A stretch of 37,631 bases of DNA from an uncultured bacterium (GTDB lineage Bacteria; Verrucomicrobiota; Verrucomicrobiia; Verrucomicrobiales; Akkermansiaceae), in contig CBFGOB010000001.1 of the NCBI GenBank assembly GCA_965650215.1, positions 1-37,631 on the forward strand, written 5' to 3'. The notes below the pieces were generated by a model, which saw nothing but the letters and a program-made list of their open reading frames with translations, made no database searches and was not told the DNA's origin. Position numbers and translations under genes: made by a program. Positions 33,849 through 37,631 of the stretch are shown here, piece by piece (the first letter of the stretch is position 1; every line of letters starts with the position of its first letter).

Positions 33849-35198
33849 CTATTCCAAGCGGATCACCGTGGCGATGGGATCGGGGAGTGCCGGAGGAAGA
33901 TGGATGACGGTCTGGTTTTCATGCCGGGTGAGCTTGAGGGTCTCTCCACCGGCCAACAGTTTTGCCGTGTTGCCCGGAAAGGCGACGGTGATCGTGCCGT
34001 CGGCGGGGCGTGAGAAGAGGTGGAGGTAATGGACCTTCCCTTTCGTCGTGACGCGGCCGTCGAAGTTCGGCAGGCCGACGGGTGACTTCGTGGTGCCGCG
34101 GATTGCCTCGGCGTTGGTATTCATCCACTTGCCGGTGGCGGTCATGATGTCGATGCTGGGTTGTGGGATCGAGCCGTCGCCCGTGGGTCCGATGTTGAGC
34201 AGGTAATTGCCGCCCTTGCTGGTGATGTCGATGAGGGTGCGGATGATCGTTTCCGGCGACTTCCAGTGATGGTCGTGTTCGCTGAAGCCCCAGGTGCCGT
34301 TCATGGTCATGCAGGTTTCCCAGTCCATCCTGGCATCGAAGGCATCGGGAACGTGCTGTTCGGGGGTGCCGAAGTCGCCGAATTTCACATCGAGCGGACG
34401 GCTGATGTCAGCACCGCCGCTGTTGCTCGCCCCCGATTCGGGGCGGCGGAACAACCGGTTGTTCATGATGATCTGCGGTTGTTTCTCACGACACATCGCG
34501 ATCAGGTCGGTGGCGCGCCAAGCCTTGTCGCCATCGAAGCCGGGCCAGCTGTAGTCCCACCAGACGATGTCCACCTTGCCGTAATTCGTCATCAGCTCGC
34601 GGGTCTGGCCGTGGAGGAAATCGATGTAGCGCTGGTGGTTGCGGGTGCCGGGGTTGAGCAGCTTTCCGCGTTCCGGATAAGGCAGCTTGCCGGCATTGGC
34701 GAAGTCATACTGCGGGTGGTGCCAATCGATGAGCGAATGGTAGAAGCCGACGCGCAGGCCCTCCTTGCGCAGCGCCTCGGTGATTTCGCGGACCAGGTCG
34801 CGGTTGAGGAGGTCGCCGGCGTCGTATTGGGTGAGCTGCGAGTCATGCAGGGCGAAGCCGTCGTGGTGCTTGGTGGTGAAGACGACGTAGCTGCAGCCGG
34901 CCTGCTTCGCGAGGCGTGCCCATTCGGTGGCGAATCCCGGTTTCGGGGTGAACCTGGGGATGGCGGCGCGGGCGTATTCGTGGGTGTCGGCACCGACGAA
35001 TTTCTGGATCCATTCCATGCCGCCACCTTTTGCCGCCTTGCCCTCCCAGGTCCCGGCGAGCCCGGAGTAGAGTCCCCAGTGGACGAACATGCCGAAGCGG
35101 GCTTCGCGCCACCAGGCGATGCGGGTGTCGCGGTCGATCTCGGCGGCGGCCGCGAATCCTGCGAGGAGGAGAGAGAGGCTGGCGATGCGTGGAATCAT
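33849..35198 (-). CDS. GH29 alpha-L-fucosidase (paralogue E, canonical active site), 449 aa
   Basis: FGMFVHWG, MEWIQ, TTKHHDGF, VWWDYS, FGTPEQ and GGNYLLNIGP. Has a signal peptide. Confidence 0.94.
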   Translation of the reverse strand: MIPRIASLSLLLAGFAAAAEIDRDTRIAWWREARFGMFVHWGLYSGLAGTWEGKAAKGGGMEWIQKFVGADTHEYARAAIPRFTPKPGFATEWARLAKQAGCSYVVFTTKHHDGFALHDSQLTQYDAGDLLNRDLVREITEALRKEGLRVGFYHSLIDWHHPQYDFANAGKLPYPERGKLLNPGTRNHQRYIDFLHGQTRELMTNYGKVDIVWWDYSWPGFDGDKAWRATDLIAMCREKQPQIIMNNRLFRRPESGASNSGGADISRPLDVKFGDFGTPEQHVPDAFDARMDWETCMTMNGTWGFSEHDHHWKSPETIIRTLIDITSKGGNYLLNIGPTGDGSIPQPSIDIMTATGKWMNTNAEAIRGTTKSPVGLPNFDGRVTTKGKVHYLHLFSRPADGTITVAFPGNTAKLLAGGETLKLTRHENQTVIHLPPALPDPIATVIRLE

Positions 35199-35241
35199 GA
35201 GTGGATGATTGGGATGTTAGAATGTCGCGGTGTCGCTGCGT

Positions 35242-37631
35242 TCACTTGCGTTTCAGGACGAACCACGGGCATTTCCAACTGTTGCCGTTTTTGCTCTGGA
35301 AGCCGCCGGCCTCGATGAAGAGGTAATCGCTGCCGTTGCGCGATTCGACGCGCATCTGGAGCGCTTCGTTCTTGCGAAGATCCATGAGCATGTCCCCGGA
35401 CCAGATGAGCAGCAGGTCGCCGGTCGAACCGTCGGGTTTCAATTCGAGCGCTTGCAGCGGTGCGCGTTTGGCTTCCCCCGGCGTTGCCGGATCGAATTCG
35501 GCGGGATCGGTGACGGTGCCCACGGTTTGCCATGAGCCGGCGAGTTTCGGGTTGGCGGCGAAGCTTCCATCCCAGAGGAATTTGCCTGCTGCCGGGTCGA
35601 GGTCGTTGGCATCGGGGTCCTGCAGGGCCTGCCATGCCGAGGAAGTCATCGGCAGCGCGCTGGCGGACTGGACGATTTCCTTTTCGGTGAGCGCAGGCAT
35701 TTCAAACTCCTGGATCCAGAGCATCAGCTGGCGGCTTTGGATGCCCTTGTGGTTGCCCATGAAGCCGATGTAGGCGATGTCCGTCTCGCCATTCTGGAAC
35801 TCCGGCCACCAGTCGCGGTGAATGTGGCCGCCGAAGGGTTTCGCTCCGCCGCGGCGGTCGACCTTGCTCTTGTTTTCGAAGAACAGCTTGCCGTTGATGT
35901 AGAGGCGTCCGCCTTCGCCGGCACCGACGTGGGACATGCCGCCGAGGCGGAGTTCGTAGCGGTGGCCTTCCTTGAATTTCGGGAACTTGAACTTGCCGCG
36001 CAGCAGCAGGACCTCCTTTTCCCAGAGGGTTTTCGCCGGTTCGCCGTGGCGGCAGAAGTCCAGCGGGCAGGCCCCTGCCTTGGATGCGAGCTTGCCGTTG
36101 ACCGCGCCGAAGGGCTGCAGTCCGGATTTCCAACCGGCCTTGGCCGGATCAAAGGACGGCTTGAACCAATCGTCGAGTCCCTGCGGCAGGGTGATCGGGC
36201 GATAGCGGGGTTTTTCCAGATCCCAGGCCTGCTTTTCGGGCGGATCGAAGCTCAGGTAGTGGAAGCCCATCTCGGTCGGCTTCGGGCCAAAGTCGCGCCA
36301 CTGGTAGCTGTCGACGCCGATCCGGCGGTAGAGATCCGCGAGCTCGAGCGTTTTGGCGCTGCGGTAGTGATAACTGGCCGGGATCATTTCGTTGCTCATC
36401 TCCTTGAGCAGGAATTCGCGGTTTTCGCCGATGAAGCGCGGGATGAGGCGGGTCTTGATGAGTCGTCCGACCTCTTTTTTCAGCTCCGGGCTGAATTGTT
36501 CCGGGTCGGCCTTGAGGAAGAGCTCTTCGTAGGGAAGCGTGGTGCCGGGACTGCGTTCCTTGGCAACCTGATAGAGCACATCGAATCCCCCGGGGACGTT
36601 CGCGATCGTCTCGGCGAGGAATTCGCGGATCGTCGGATTGACCGTGGTGTTGACCTGTTCGATCGGGTGTTTGTATTCGATGTAATTGGCGTAGGCTTCC
36701 TTGAATGACTCGCGGGCAAGAGCCTGGACTTCCGGCGAGGCGTTTTTGAGCATTTCGGGCATTTTGCCCCAGCGGATCGGGTTGACGATGCCGTAGACAT
36801 GGTTGTTTTGCAGCAGCTTGCCGATGGCGGGCAGGACTTTCTGATAGCAGCGGAGGTCGGCGACCACGGGGGTCAGCGCATAGAGCGCGGAATTCTGGAA
36901 CCACCACTCCTCATGGGCAAGGTAAGGGATGATGATGTCGACCTGGGAGGCGATCCAATCCTGTGGCGCGCGTGCGGCGACCAGCAGGGCCATGTCCTTC
37001 ACGAACCAGGACTCCTTGGGGTCTGACAGCATCGTGCGCAGGCGTTCCAGGCGGGCCGGGCTCAGCTCGCCGTCCTTCTCCAGATACTCGAGGGCGGTGC
37101 GGCGGACGCGGGCGTCGTCGTGGGCGAGCAAGCCGTCGAGCAGGGAGGCATCGTGCTGGCCGATCTCGTCGCGGTAAATCGTGCGCACCCCGTAGTTCGG
37201 ATGATGGAGGAAATGGAGGAGTTGTTCGCGCGTGCGCTTGGTGGCGCCTTTGGTCGATATGAGCGCGAGCCCGGTCGATGTCGCGAAGTTTTCCTTGGAG
37301 AGGTCGGGCACGCTGCCGTCGGGGAGTTTGGCGCCGACGATCGATTCGAAATCGTCGTCTTCCGCCGTGCCCCAGGGGCGTTCGGGGAGCTGATAGGGTT
37401 TCGAGAATTTCGTGGGGGGTGCGCCGGTCAGGCGCAGGGTTTTGCGCGGGACGGTGAAGGTCAGCGCGTATCCCGCGCCCCATTCCGGGTTGTCGTAGCG
37501 TTCGCCGCCGAGGATGCCGAAGGATCCATCGAAGCGGCGGGAGAGTTCATAGTGCCATTTGCGGTTCTCCATGAATTCGCGGTAGTGTTTCGGCGTTTTT
37601 TCATGGAGCAGTCCCATCGACGCGCTGCGCC
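35242..37631 (-). CDS. Large DUF6288-like protein with HEAT/ARM-like helical region; 5' end outside window
   Basis: Frame is open to the window edge (..RSASMGLL..). WHYELSRRFDGSFGILGG..YALTFTVPRKTLRLTG resembles DUF6288 proteins. HEAT-like LLAHDDARVRRTAL and LSDPKESWFVKD are followed by beta-rich C-terminal modules. Confidence 0.62.
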   Translation of the reverse strand, partial: RSASMGLLHEKTPKHYREFMENRKWHYELSRRFDGSFGILGGERYDNPEWGAGYALTFTVPRKTLRLTGAPPTKFSKPYQLPERPWGTAEDDDFESIVGAKLPDGSVPDLSKENFATSTGLALISTKGATKRTREQLLHFLHHPNYGVRTIYRDEIGQHDASLLDGLLAHDDARVRRTALEYLEKDGELSPARLERLRTMLSDPKESWFVKDMALLVAARAPQDWIASQVDIIIPYLAHEEWWFQNSALYALTPVVADLRCYQKVLPAIGKLLQNNHVYGIVNPIRWGKMPEMLKNASPEVQALARESFKEAYANYIEYKHPIEQVNTTVNPTIREFLAETIANVPGGFDVLYQVAKERSPGTTLPYEELFLKADPEQFSPELKKEVGRLIKTRLIPRFIGENREFLLKEMSNEMIPASYHYRSAKTLELADLYRRIGVDSYQWRDFGPKPTEMGFHYLSFDPPEKQAWDLEKPRYRPITLPQGLDDWFKPSFDPAKAGWKSGLQPFGAVNGKLASKAGACPLDFCRHGEPAKTLWEKEVLLLRGKFKFPKFKEGHRYELRLGGMSHVGAGEGGRLYINGKLFFENKSKVDRRGGAKPFGGHIHRDWWPEFQNGETDIAYIGFMGNHKGIQSRQLMLWIQEFEMPALTEKEIVQSASALPMTSSAWQALQDPDANDLDPAAGKFLWDGSFAANPKLAGSWQTVGTVTDPAEFDPATPGEAKRAPLQALELKPDGSTGDLLLIWSGDMLMDLRKNEALQMRVESRNGSDYLFIEAGGFQSKNGNSWKCPWFVLKRK

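Noticed and set aside
26303-35198. Diversity-generating retroelement, CRISPR or invertase shufflon as the cause of the GH29 repeats
   Set aside because: No reverse transcriptase, recombinase or cas gene. No adenine-specific mismatch pattern was noticed and there is no repeat-spacer periodicity. The repeats are paralogous coding sequence.

Overview
High-GC bacterial DNA. Gene content (T2SS/Verru_Chthon-type pseudopilin cassette, DUF6288- and DUF6807-like genes, starts lacking Shine-Dalgarno sites) suggests Verrucomicrobiota; this is an inference. Bases 1-5306 (+) hold the end of a minor-pseudopilin operon (GspH/I/J/K-like plus a small secreted protein), followed by tRNA-Leu(TAA) at 5394-5478. 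From 5516 to the window end is a ~32 kb, entirely minus-strand locus for degrading a fucose-rich glycan: five GH29, GH95, GH141-like+PDZ, GH106, GH120-like, GH2, three SGNH/SASA O-acetylesterase-like genes, a Tat-exported Gfo/Idh/MocA oxidoreductase with a DUF6807-like partner, a LamG-unknown protein and a partial DUF6288-like gene. No sulfatase, transporter or regulator is visible. The most striking observations are: (1) GH29 paralogues with a conserved scaffold and catalytic Asp but systematically different fucose-binding (-1 subsite) residues, plus gene-conversion tracts; (2) a nested esterase in which a circularly permuted SGNH domain and a PA14-like domain sit inside an apparently inactive SASA domain; (3) recombination scars at signal-peptide junctions (a duplicated stop/start/signal-peptide junction and a GH106 N-terminal relic fused to a GH29 start). 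All family assignments come from motif recognition by eye, not database searches.
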